This document shows positions 1-9,148 of a DNA stretch of 64,000 bases, piece after piece (within the stretch, counting starts at the first letter, position 1; each line of letters begins with the position of its first letter). The stretch spans positions 26,891 through 90,890 of the forward strand of contig CAMZDG010000005.1 of the NCBI GenBank assembly GCA_947305245.1. The letters run 5' to 3'. The stretch comes from an uncultured Lachnospiraceae bacterium (GTDB taxonomy: Bacteria; Bacillota; Clostridia; Lachnospirales; Lachnospiraceae). Both the position numbers and the translations under genes were made by a program. Below the pieces are notes generated by a model. The model had not been told where the DNA came from. It saw nothing but the letters and a program-made list of their open reading frames with translations, and searched no databases.

Positions 1-40
1 GCGAAATCAGGGCTATTCGCTGGAGAAGAAAAGCAAGTAA
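1..40 (+). CDS. 3' end of an OmpR/PhoB-family response regulator (partial)
   Basis: Frame reads ...RNQGYSLEKKSK* (stop 38-40), like the R-x-x-G-Y winged-helix C-terminus; lies directly before a sensor kinase. Confidence 0.6.
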   Translation, partial: RNQGYSLEKKSK

Positions 41-67
41 GAACCAAAGAAGAGGGGTTAAAGATCC

Positions 68-1414
68 ATGATCTTAAAGCTGCGAAGACAATTTATCATT
101 GTGGCCACCTGTTCCGTCCTGGCGGTTCTGGTCGTGATCATCAGCGCGCTGAACATCATCAATTATCATTCCGTGACGAAGCGGAAGGATGACGTGTTGC
201 AGCTCCTTTCCAGCAATGACGGCAGATTCCCGGAGGCGATGAATCAAAGAAGGGCGAACAAGGAAGACTTTCCCAAGGAATTTCCGTCGGGCGACTTTGA
301 TCCGGAGAGGGATTTCTTTGCATTTCGTGAATTCGATCGGATGAATTTCTCGAGGGAGATGGCGTATGAGACGAGATTCTTTACCATCTCGGTGAGTGCT
401 GACGGCGAGGTGACTTCGGTGGACCTCGGAAGGATCGCTTCCGTGGAAGAGGATCTGGCGAAGGAATATGCGAAGTCCGTGATAAAAAAGCACCAAAAGG
501 GAAAGACCACGAAAGGATATCTGGACGGATACCGTTATCAGATCACGGAGGACGGAGGCGGATACTTCCTCGTGTTCGTCGATTGTTCCTCGGACCTGCA
601 GAACGTACGAAACACGCTGATCGCCAGCATTTCCGTGTCTTTGCTTGGATTTCTGGCGGTGTTTGTCCTGGTGCTGATCTTCTCGAAAAAGGTGTTCCGT
701 CCCGTGGAAGAATCCTATCAAAAGCAGAAGCGCTTTATCACGGATGCCAGTCATGAATTAAAGACGCCGCTCACCATCATCTCCGCGAACGTCGAGGTCA
801 TGGAGATGGAGTCGGAGGAATCTCACTGGAGCAAGAGCATCAAGAAGCAGATCGACCGCATGATCTCGCTGGTGGAGCAGATGGTGACGCTGTCGCGCTT
901 AGATGAACAGATTGAGACGGTGAAGGAGAAATTTTCCTTAAGCGAGGCGCTGGAAAATACGGCGCAGGCTTATGCGCCGGTTGCGGAGAGCAACAAGAAG
1001 GATTTAGAGATCGACCTGGCGGAAAACATATCCATGCTGGGAGATGAGAAGCAGATCCGTCAGATGACGGGACTGCTCCTGGACAATGCGATGAAATATG
1101 CCTCCGTAAAGAGTGATCCAATGAGAGACGGCGAAGAGGAAAAGCGGCCGAAGATCCGTCTGACCCTGAGACAGAAGGGGAAAAAGGCGGAGATCGTGCT
1201 GTGGAATACGGTGGATGAGATCCCGCCCGGGGATCTGAATGAGCTATTTGAGCGCTTCTATCGTCCGGACCGCTCGCGCAGCGCGAAGACCGGCGGATCC
1301 GGCATCGGACTATCCATCGTAAGGTCCATCGTGGAGGCGCATCACGGAAAGATCACCGCCGTCAGCAAGGAGGAGGGCTCCATCGAATTCAAGGCAACGC
1401 TCCCGCTGAGCTAA
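68..1414 (+). CDS. Two-component sensor histidine kinase (2 TM, HisKA, HATPase_c)
   Basis: H-box FITDASHELKTPL, N-box LLDNAMKY, G-box GGSGIGLSIV; two hydrophobic segments. Confidence 0.95.
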   Translation: MILKLRRQFIIVATCSVLAVLVVIISALNIINYHSVTKRKDDVLQLLSSNDGRFPEAMNQRRANKEDFPKEFPSGDFDPERDFFAFREFDRMNFSREMAYETRFFTISVSADGEVTSVDLGRIASVEEDLAKEYAKSVIKKHQKGKTTKGYLDGYRYQITEDGGGYFLVFVDCSSDLQNVRNTLIASISVSLLGFLAVFVLVLIFSKKVFRPVEESYQKQKRFITDASHELKTPLTIISANVEVMEMESEESHWSKSIKKQIDRMISLVEQMVTLSRLDEQIETVKEKFSLSEALENTAQAYAPVAESNKKDLEIDLAENISMLGDEKQIRQMTGLLLDNAMKYASVKSDPMRDGEEEKRPKIRLTLRQKGKKAEIVLWNTVDEIPPGDLNELFERFYRPDRSRSAKTGGSGIGLSIVRSIVEAHHGKITAVSKEEGSIEFKATLPLS

Positions 1415-1450
1415 AATGCTCAGGCAGGGTTAAAATAGATTTATCTGCGT

Positions 1451-1488
1451 GCCACCTGGAAGAAATTTCTTCCCAGGTGGCTTTTTTA
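1451..1488 (+). terminator. Rho-independent terminator
   Basis: GCCACCTGG...CCAGGTGGC stem followed by a T-run, downstream of the kinase. Confidence 0.8.
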
Positions 1489-1546
1489 TGGGAAAAAACC
1501 TCATTTTTGTCAAAAAAACAGGAAAAAACTTAAAATTTATGGTTGA

Positions 1547-1591
1547 TTTAAGGCTTTGTTTAAGCTTTGTTTTAGGTTGGGCGGATACAAT
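1547..1591 (+). promoter_or_regulatory. Tandem direct repeats upstream of a TACAAT -10; probable OmpR-family binding site
   Basis: GCTTTGTTT at 1553 and 1564 (11-bp period); TTTAAG/TTTAAG/TTTAGG at 1547/1559/1571; -10 at 1586-1591; no clear -35. Confidence 0.55.
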
Positions 1592-1616
1592 GGGAACCAG
1601 AAAAGGAGGAAAAGTC

Positions 1617-2312
1617 ATGAGTTATCAGGATACCTTCAAAAGACATGAATTAAAATACATGCTCACAAAACAGCAAAAGCAAGGCCTTCTTAAGATCATG
1701 GAGCAGCATATGGCACTGGATCAGTACGGAAGAACGACGATCATGAATATCTATTATGACACGCCGGAGTATCTCCTCATCCAAAGATCGCTGGAAAAGC
1801 CTGCTTATAAAGAAAAGCTTCGGCTTCGAAGCTATGGCGTGACCACAAGGGACGGAGAGGTTTTCGTGGAGCTGAAAAAGAAATACGATGGCATCGTGTA
1901 TAAGAGAAGGACCAGCGCCACGGAGAGAGAGGCGGAGGAATACTTCCAAAACAACAAGCCCTTGTCCAAGTCGGATCAGATCACGGAAGAGATCGATTAT
2001 TTCAAATCCTTCTACCAGAACCTGATCCCGGCCATGGTGATCTCTTATGAAAGGGAAGCTTATTATGATCTGGACGGATCGGATCTTCGGATCACCTTCG
2101 ATGAGAACATTTTATGGCGGGAGACGGAGCTGAACCTAAGGAGCGAGCCCTATGGACAGGCGCTCCTTCAAAAGGATCAGACGCTGGCGGAGATCAAGGT
2201 CGGCGGCGCGATGCCCCTCTGGCTGGCCCGGGGCCTGTCGGAACTAAGCATCTTTCAGACTTCCTTCTCCAAGTATGGAAGCGCATTTTTACAAAAAAGA
2301 AAGGTAGGGTGA
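1617..2312 (+). CDS. VTC (polyphosphate polymerase / CYTH-like) domain protein, 231 aa
   Basis: KRHELKY, KLRLRSY, VELKKK, YEREAY, LRITFD, EIK motifs; start reset to ATG 1617 after AGGAGG. Confidence 0.85.
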   Translation: MSYQDTFKRHELKYMLTKQQKQGLLKIMEQHMALDQYGRTTIMNIYYDTPEYLLIQRSLEKPAYKEKLRLRSYGVTTRDGEVFVELKKKYDGIVYKRRTSATEREAEEYFQNNKPLSKSDQITEEIDYFKSFYQNLIPAMVISYEREAYYDLDGSDLRITFDENILWRETELNLRSEPYGQALLQKDQTLAEIKVGGAMPLWLARGLSELSIFQTSFSKYGSAFLQKRKVG

Positions 2313-2316
2313 AGCT

Positions 2317-3015
2317 ATGAATACATTATTTCAGGGAGTTTTTGACAGTGCGTCAAGCACGGCCGCCTTGCAGGTGGGAGATTTCATCCTCTGCCTTGGC
2401 GCGGCACTACTCATCGGATTCTTTCTGGCGATGGTCTCCACATATCAGACCAGCCACACGCAAAGCTTTTTCCTCTCCCTTGCGATCCTGCCCGCCGTTG
2501 TCTGCGTCGTCATTATGATGGTGAATGGCAACGTCGGGGCCGGCATCGCGGTAGCCGGAGCGTTCAGTCTCGTGAGATTCCGCTCAGCGCCGGGGAATGC
2601 CAAGGAAATCTGCGCCATCTTCCTTGCCATGGGCGCGGGACTGATCCTGGGGATGGGCTATATCGGATATGCCGTTTTATTTACGGTTGTCATGAGCGTG
2701 ATCATGCTCGCTTACGTAAAGCTCGGCGTTGGAAAAACAAAGCTGTTGCCGTTAGAAAAGACATTGCACGTGACTATCCCGGAGAACCTGGATTATGAGA
2801 CGGTCTTTGAGGAATTTATGGAAGCCTATACGACGGAGCATGAGCTGACCAACGTAAAGACGACCAACATGGGGAGCCTTTTTAAGCTTACCTACAGCAT
2901 TACCCTAAAAGAAGTCGGAAAAGAAAAAGAGTTTTTAGACAAGCTTCGCACGCGGAACGGAAATCTGGAACTCTCGTTATCGAAGAGAGACAAGACCCAG
3001 CAGGCAGAGCTATAA
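2317..3015 (+). CDS. DUF4956-family membrane protein
   Basis: GIAVAGAFSLVRFRSAPG motif, several TM helices, ACT-like C-terminus; usual neighbour of VTC genes. Confidence 0.85.
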   Translation: MNTLFQGVFDSASSTAALQVGDFILCLGAALLIGFFLAMVSTYQTSHTQSFFLSLAILPAVVCVVIMMVNGNVGAGIAVAGAFSLVRFRSAPGNAKEICAIFLAMGAGLILGMGYIGYAVLFTVVMSVIMLAYVKLGVGKTKLLPLEKTLHVTIPENLDYETVFEEFMEAYTTEHELTNVKTTNMGSLFKLTYSITLKEVGKEKEFLDKLRTRNGNLELSLSKRDKTQQAEL

Positions 3016-3076
3016 TAGGGATCGAAGTTTTTGGAACAGGGAATCGTTAGAAACCCGCTAAGCAGGAGGGAATAGT

Positions 3077-4963
3077 ATGAAGAAAAAATATCTGATGCAT
3101 AAATTTTCAAAGGTGTTTGCAGTGATGCTCCTTTCCGCAGCGCTGGCGCTCGGCGGATGCACTTCCGCGAACACCTCAGAAGGGACGACGGACGCGGCGG
3201 CCAGCCAGACGGAGAGTTCGGTGCAGGCCGGGCAGACAACCTACAGCGCGGCGGCCAGTGCGGGAGTGGTGACCACCATTGATATCACGGACATGTTTTC
3301 CAAACGGGACATGGAGACCGAGTATCAAGAGGAGGAATGCGTTCTGATCACCTTAAACGGGACGGAGGCGCAGTGCAGTAGCTCCGGCGTGACTATAGAG
3401 GACGGTACCGTCATCATTAAGGAGGCAGGGAGCTATCTGCTTCGGGGCAGCTTTAACGGATCCATCCGCGTTGAGGCGCCGGAGGATGCGAAGGTGCAAG
3501 TGATCCTGGACGGCGTGACGCTCCGGCAATCCGGAACTGCCGCAATCTATGGGAAGACGGCTGATAAGATCTTTCTTACCATGGCTGAGGGCAGCAGCAA
3601 TCAGATCATCAATGAGGGTGACTTCCAGGCCATCGACGAGAATAACATCGATGGCGCCATCTACTCGAAATGTGACCTGACGCTGAACGGCAACGGAACG
3701 CTGACCGTCAGCTCCGAAAAGGGTCATGGCATTGTCTCCAAGGATGACCTAAAGATCACCAGTGGCACTTATGTCATCACGGCAGGGGATCACGGCATAT
3801 CCGGGAAGGACAGCATCCGGATCGCTGACGGCGACCTGACCATCACTTCGACGGAGGATGGCCTGCATTCCGGCAATGACGAAGACGCGGACAAGGGTTA
3901 TGTTTATGTCGCAGGCGGCAAGATCACCATCTCTGCGGGAGATGACGCCATTCACGGCGAGACAAAGGTCGTGATCGCGGACGGCAAGATCAATATTACG
4001 AAGAGCAAGGAAGGCATCGAGGGAGCCATCGTGGAGATTGCAGGCGGCGATATCACGGTTGTTGCAAGCGACGACGGACTGAACTGTACGGACGGCAGCA
4101 GTACGGAAGGCTTTGGCGGCCGCGGCTTTGGGCAGCAGGGCGCTTCGGGAGGAAATACGGCGAAATCTTCGGTGTATCTTCTGATCTCCGGGGGCAAGAT
4201 CCTGGTGGATTCTCAGGGAGACGGCATTGATTCGAACGGCGACGTCTATGTGACGGGCGGTGAGATTTACGTCTCCGGGCCCGAGAATAACGGAAATGGC
4301 GCGTTGGATTATGATTCCAAGGGAGAGATCACCGGAGGAAGCTTCATTGCGATTGGATCCACGGGAATGGCCATGAATTTCAGCAGTGCGACCCAGGGCA
4401 GCGCCCTGATCACCTTATCCTCAACCCATAAGGCGGGAGAGGAGATCTTGCTGAAGGACAGTGACGGAAATCTGATCCTGAGCTTTACTTCGACACGGAG
4501 CTTTGCCAGCGTAGTTGTCAGCAGCCCTCTGATGAAGCAGGGCGGTACCTATACTCTGACGGTCGGGAGCGAAACGCAGACCATTACCTTAGATCAGCTG
4601 ATCTATGGCCAGTCGAACGGCTTCGGCGGCATGGGCGGCTTCGGCGGCGGCCGCGGTGGTTTCGGCGGACAGAGACCTGACGGATCGGATGGCCAGATGC
4701 CTAATTTTGGAGATGGGCAGATGCCAAGTTGGGGAGACGGGCAGATGCCGGAAGGATTCGACGGTCAAATGCCGAGTTGGGGAGACGGCCAGATGCCGAA
4801 AGGATTCGACGGTCAGATGCCTAATTTTGGAGATGGGCAGATGCCGAGTTGGGGCGACGGTCAGATGCCCGGAGGTTCCGGCGGACAAAAGCCTGGCGGC
4901 TTTAATGGACAGAAGCCCGGGAACGCTGACGGGAAGTCGGATAAGCAAAGCAGCGGAACCTGA
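3077..4963 (+). CDS. Cthe_2159-like (DUF4353) beta-helix carbohydrate-binding lipoprotein with low-complexity tail
   Basis: Lipobox ALGGC; repeated D-G-I/L-H/D-S beta-helix turns; G/Q/M/P-rich C-terminus. Confidence 0.8.
   Translation: MKKKYLMHKFSKVFAVMLLSAALALGGCTSANTSEGTTDAAASQTESSVQAGQTTYSAAASAGVVTTIDITDMFSKRDMETEYQEEECVLITLNGTEAQCSSSGVTIEDGTVIIKEAGSYLLRGSFNGSIRVEAPEDAKVQVILDGVTLRQSGTAAIYGKTADKIFLTMAEGSSNQIINEGDFQAIDENNIDGAIYSKCDLTLNGNGTLTVSSEKGHGIVSKDDLKITSGTYVITAGDHGISGKDSIRIADGDLTITSTEDGLHSGNDEDADKGYVYVAGGKITISAGDDAIHGETKVVIADGKINITKSKEGIEGAIVEIAGGDITVVASDDGLNCTDGSSTEGFGGRGFGQQGASGGNTAKSSVYLLISGGKILVDSQGDGIDSNGDVYVTGGEIYVSGPENNGNGALDYDSKGEITGGSFIAIGSTGMAMNFSSATQGSALITLSSTHKAGEEILLKDSDGNLILSFTSTRSFASVVVSSPLMKQGGTYTLTVGSETQTITLDQLIYGQSNGFGGMGGFGGGRGGFGGQRPDGSDGQMPNFGDGQMPSWGDGQMPEGFDGQMPSWGDGQMPKGFDGQMPNFGDGQMPSWGDGQMPGGSGGQKPGGFNGQKPGNADGKSDKQSSGT
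4691..4930 (+). repeat. 24-bp in-frame tandem repeat, about 10 units, encoding GQ(M/K)Pxxxx
   Basis: GG(C/G/T/A)CA(G/A) unit starts at 4691, 4715, 4739, 4763, 4787, 4811, 4835, 4859, 4883, 4907. Confidence 0.9.
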
Positions 4964-4998
4964 TCAGATAAAACTAAGTAGGATCCTTTCGATCCCAG

Positions 4999-5034
4999 GG
5001 GCTTTCCGGGCAGACGGAAAGCCCTTTACTTTTG
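4999..5034 (+). terminator. Rho-independent terminator
   Basis: GGGCTTTCC...GGAAAGCCC followed by TTTACTTTT. Confidence 0.75.
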
Positions 5035-5078
5035 CCCATTCTTTCGATATACTTGTGTATAGATTTGGAGGGTTGCCT

Positions 5079-6443
5079 ATGTCAGAGAAAGATCCAAACG
5101 TCCAAAGCGATTTTATGATCGAGAGAATCAAGGAACGCCCCGTAAATAAGGGCAAGCTGATCCGTCGCATGCTGCTCACCGCAGCCATGGCCGTGATCTT
5201 TGGTTTGGTTGCCTGTTTTACTTTCCTGGCGCTCGAGCCAGTGCTGAACGGCTGGATGAATCCGGAAAAAGATCTTCCGAAGATTTACTTCCCTGAGGAG
5301 ACGGAGGAGATGTTGCCGGAGGAAATGCTGCTGGAGAATATTCCGGATACCTCCCTGACGGGAAATTCCGAGATCGAAGCAGATCCTTCCGAACAGGGCA
5401 CCGAGACGGGGGAAGTGGAGCTGGAAGAAGAGCAGATCCAAAAGATCCTTTCTGAGATCAACCTGAGCGTTGTCAACTACAGACAGATGTATTCCGCGTT
5501 GTCCGAGTATACCAAGACACTTCAAAAATCCATGGTCACGCTGACGGGCGTTACTTCCAGAACGGACTGGCTGAATGACGTCAACGAAAGCACCAATCGT
5601 GCCTCCGGGATCATCATTTATAATAATACCGTAGACCTCTTTATTCTCACGGATTATTCCGCGCTCGAGAATGCGCAGCGGCTGAACGTGACCTTCTGTA
5701 ACGGTGCGGAGACGACGGCCGTGCTAAAGCGCAAGGATCCGGGCACTGGACTTGCCGTGGTGACCGTTCCGATCGAGGCGCTTCCGGAGAACTTTTTGCA
5801 GGAGACCATTGCCGTTGCGAAGCCTGGTTCCTCCAACTATACGAATCTTGTCGGAATGCCTGTGATCGCCCTGGGAAGTCCCATGGGCACCGTGAATTCC
5901 GCGGGATATGGCGTGATCAATTCCGTTTCGGGAGTGGTGTTCGATGAGGACGTCAATTATAAGCTCCTTCAGACGGACATTGTCGGGAGTCCTTTGGCGG
6001 ACGGCGTTCTTTTCAATCTCTATGGACAATTCATTGGTATTATCACGCATGATCATTCTGCCGCAGGCATGGAAAACCTGATCACCGCATATGGTATCAC
6101 GGACCTGAAAAAGAGGATGGAAAAGATGTCCAATGATCAGCCCTTCTCCTACGCGGGCATCTACGGGACTTCCGTTAGCCTGAGCGCACATGAAGAGCTT
6201 TACGTTCCCTATGGAGCCTACGTCAAGGACATTGCGCTGGACTCTCCTGCCATGCGCGCGGGCATCCAAAAGGGCGACGTGATCACCCAGATGGATGAAT
6301 ATGCGATCACGAATTTTTCGGATTACGTATCCTTCCTGAATATTAAAAATCCGGAGACGGAGGTTCTAGTGACCGTACTTCGCCTGGCCCAGAACGGATA
6401 TAAGGAAATGCAGGTGGAAATGACGCTGGGCGAACTGAAATAA
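5079..6443 (+). CDS. Membrane-anchored HtrA-like trypsin-fold + PDZ protein with a degenerate catalytic triad, 454 aa
   Basis: One TM; VIALGSPMG, LLQTDI, G-D-V-I PDZ motif; start reset to ATG 5079 (MSEKDP) after GGAGGG. Confidence 0.8.
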   Translation: MSEKDPNVQSDFMIERIKERPVNKGKLIRRMLLTAAMAVIFGLVACFTFLALEPVLNGWMNPEKDLPKIYFPEETEEMLPEEMLLENIPDTSLTGNSEIEADPSEQGTETGEVELEEEQIQKILSEINLSVVNYRQMYSALSEYTKTLQKSMVTLTGVTSRTDWLNDVNESTNRASGIIIYNNTVDLFILTDYSALENAQRLNVTFCNGAETTAVLKRKDPGTGLAVVTVPIEALPENFLQETIAVAKPGSSNYTNLVGMPVIALGSPMGTVNSAGYGVINSVSGVVFDEDVNYKLLQTDIVGSPLADGVLFNLYGQFIGIITHDHSAAGMENLITAYGITDLKKRMEKMSNDQPFSYAGIYGTSVSLSAHEELYVPYGAYVKDIALDSPAMRAGIQKGDVITQMDEYAITNFSDYVSFLNIKNPETEVLVTVLRLAQNGYKEMQVEMTLGELK

Positions 6444-6473
6444 TCATCATGACTAGACGGAAAGGAAAACGAC

Positions 6474-7424
6474 ATGAAGTTTTTAGCAGAATTAAAAGAG
6501 GGAGACCGCATCTTTGACGTATATCTTTGCAAGCATAAGCAGTCCGCCGTGACAAAGAACGGGAAGGCGTATGAAAACGTGATCCTGCAGGATAAGACCG
6601 GAACCATCGACGCGAAGGTCTGGGATCCCAACAACCCCGGAATTTCGGAATTTGACGCCATGGACTACATCGAGGTGGTCGGTGAGGTCAACAGCTTTAT
6701 GGGCGCGCTGCAGGTGAACGTGAAGCGGATCCGTGTCTGCCAGGAGGGGGAGTATGAGCCGTCGAACTATCTTCCCGTGAGCGAAAAGAATATCGATCAG
6801 ATGTATCAGGAGCTCCTGGGGCTGATCGGCGGCATCCAGAACCAGTATCTCAAGGCGCTTTTGGAAAGCTTTTTTGTGAAGGATCCGGAGTTCGCGAAGG
6901 CATTTCGATCTTCTTCCGCGGCGAAGGCCGTGCATCACGGTTTCGTGGGAGGCCTCCTAGAGCACACCTTGAGCGTGACAAAGCTTTGTGATTATTATTG
7001 TACGGCGTATCCCATTTTGAAAAGAGACCTGCTGCTGACTGCGGCCATGTGTCATGACATCGGCAAAGTGAAGGAGCTCTCCGCATTCCCGATCAATGAT
7101 TATACGGATGACGGACAATTCCTCGGACACATTGTGATGGGTGCGCAGATGGTGGCGGAGAGAGCCGCTCAGATCCCGAATTTCCCGCACCAGTTGCTTG
7201 TCCAGGTGCAGCACTGCATTCTCGCGCATCACGGGAAATATGAGTATGGTTCTCCGAAATTGCCTGCCCTTGTGGAAGCCGTGGCGCTCAATTATGCAGA
7301 TGACACGGATGCAAAGATGGAAACCTTTAAGGAGATCCTTGCCAGCAGCGGCGGGAATATGGACTGGCTGGGGTATAATCGCTTGTTTGAGTCCAATCTG
7401 AAGGCGACAAAGATCGATTTCTAG
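6474..7424 (+). CDS. yhaM: 3'-5' exoribonuclease YhaM/Cbf1 (OB-fold + HD)
   Basis: LQDKTGTIDAKVW OB-fold; AAKAVHH..GGLLEHT, HDIGK, HIVMG, AHHG, ADDTDAK HD motifs. Confidence 0.9.
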   Translation: MKFLAELKEGDRIFDVYLCKHKQSAVTKNGKAYENVILQDKTGTIDAKVWDPNNPGISEFDAMDYIEVVGEVNSFMGALQVNVKRIRVCQEGEYEPSNYLPVSEKNIDQMYQELLGLIGGIQNQYLKALLESFFVKDPEFAKAFRSSSAAKAVHHGFVGGLLEHTLSVTKLCDYYCTAYPILKRDLLLTAAMCHDIGKVKELSAFPINDYTDDGQFLGHIVMGAQMVAERAAQIPNFPHQLLVQVQHCILAHHGKYEYGSPKLPALVEAVALNYADDTDAKMETFKEILASSGGNMDWLGYNRLFESNLKATKIDF

Positions 7425-7481
7425 AGGGATGACGCCGCTGATCAAAGGGATGGATCGGCGGAATATGATAAAGGATAAAGC

Positions 7482-9059
7482 ATGAAAGAATATCAGAAAA
7501 ATGATCTGGTCACGGTGACGATCGATGACATTGGTACGGAAGGAGAAGGCATCGGCAAAGTCGATGGATTCACTCTTTTCGTGAAGGATGCAGTGCCCGG
7601 TGACGTCGTGACGGCAAAGATCATGAAGAGCAAAAAGACCTATGCCTATGCAAGATTAGAGAAGGTGGAAACACCTTCTCCTTTTCGTGTGACGCCTCCC
7701 TGCAAATTTTACAGACAGTGCGGCGGATGTCAGATCCAGACGATCCGTTATGAGAAGCAACTGGAGTTCAAACAGCAAAAGATCCGCAATAACCTTATTC
7801 GCATCGGCGGCTTCGCGCCGGAAGAGGTGGATGCAAAGATGGATCCGATCGTTGGCATGGAGGAGCCCTTACATTATCGCAACAAGGCACAGTACCCCGT
7901 GGGAACGGACCGGGAAGGGAATCTCATCACCGGATTTTATGCAGGACGCACCCACAGCATAATCGCGAACACGGATTGCCTTCTCGGAGCGCCGGAAAAT
8001 CAAGTGATCCTGGAGACGATCCTGAAATATATGCGGGATAATAAGGTGAGCGCCTATGATGAGACGACGGGAAAGGGCCTGGTGCGCCATGTGTTGATCC
8101 GCATGGGATTTACCAGCGGCGAGCTCATGGTCTGCATCGTGATCAATCATAAGCATGAAAAAGAAATCCTGCCGGCGCAGAAAGTCCTTGTAGAAATGCT
8201 TGCAAGGATTCCCGGCATGAAGAGCATCTCCGTGAATTTCAACGCGGAAAATACCAATGTCATTCTTGGCCGCGAGGTGCAAACTATTTGGGGTGAGCCG
8301 ACCATTTTTGACGTGATCCACGTGCGCGACATGAAATTGGAGGGATATCCCTTTACGGGGGATGAACTGACCTTTAAGATATCGCCCCTTAGCTTTTACC
8401 AGGTGAATCCCGTGCAAACGGAGAAGCTGTACAGTCTCGCGCTGGAATATGCAGGGCTTACGGGTAAAGAAACTGTTTGGGATTTATACTGTGGCATCGG
8501 CACCATTTCGTTATTCCTAGCCCGAAAAGCAAAGCAGGTTTATGGCGTGGAGATCGTGGAGCAGGCCATTTTGGACGCGCGGGAGAATGCCGTGCGAAAT
8601 GGGATCGAGAATGCGAAGTTCTTTGTGGGGAAGGCGGAGGAAGTGCTGCCGGCATATTATGAAGGAAGGCTGGATACGGAAGCTCTGGATGGAAAGATGC
8701 CAGGCACGCAGGAGCAGCTTCTTGAAGATCAGGACATGCGTCATCCCGATGTCATCGTGGTCGATCCGCCTCGCAAGGGCTGCGACGACGCCTGCCTTGC
8801 CACCATGCTGAAGATGCAACCTTCCCGCATCGTCTATGTCAGCTGCGACAGCGCCACCCTCGCCCGGGACTTAAAAATCCTGTGCGACGGCGGCTATGAA
8901 ATTCAAAAAATCCGCGGCGTGGACCAGTTCGCGCAGACGGTCCATGTCGAGACGGTAGTTTTGCTGAACAACAAAAATGCGAAGCCGAAAGATTATGTTG
9001 AAATAGGCATAGATGCTGAAGATTACTATAAAATCAAGGATTCGGAGAAGGAGAAGTAA
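7482..9059 (+). CDS. rlmD: 23S rRNA m5U1939 methyltransferase RlmD (RumA)
   Basis: TRAM domain, CxxxxxCGGC Fe-S motif, SFYQVN, DLYCGIG, VDPPRKG, YVSC, HVETV. Confidence 0.95.
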   Translation: MKEYQKNDLVTVTIDDIGTEGEGIGKVDGFTLFVKDAVPGDVVTAKIMKSKKTYAYARLEKVETPSPFRVTPPCKFYRQCGGCQIQTIRYEKQLEFKQQKIRNNLIRIGGFAPEEVDAKMDPIVGMEEPLHYRNKAQYPVGTDREGNLITGFYAGRTHSIIANTDCLLGAPENQVILETILKYMRDNKVSAYDETTGKGLVRHVLIRMGFTSGELMVCIVINHKHEKEILPAQKVLVEMLARIPGMKSISVNFNAENTNVILGREVQTIWGEPTIFDVIHVRDMKLEGYPFTGDELTFKISPLSFYQVNPVQTEKLYSLALEYAGLTGKETVWDLYCGIGTISLFLARKAKQVYGVEIVEQAILDARENAVRNGIENAKFFVGKAEEVLPAYYEGRLDTEALDGKMPGTQEQLLEDQDMRHPDVIVVDPPRKGCDDACLATMLKMQPSRIVYVSCDSATLARDLKILCDGGYEIQKIRGVDQFAQTVHVETVVLLNNKNAKPKDYVEIGIDAEDYYKIKDSEKEK

Positions 9060-9148
9060 ATGGCAACGCATAAACTCACCCGAGCCGGGTTGTGACTATT
9101 GAAATAATGTGATCAGATTGACAATTGGTATTTGCAGAAAGGAAACAA

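Noticed and set aside
4605-5078. N-terminal extension of the 612-aa ORF (and similar extensions at 1449, 14708, 20380, 24042, 55751)
   Set aside because: These overlap upstream genes or terminators in another frame; RBS-supported starts lie downstream
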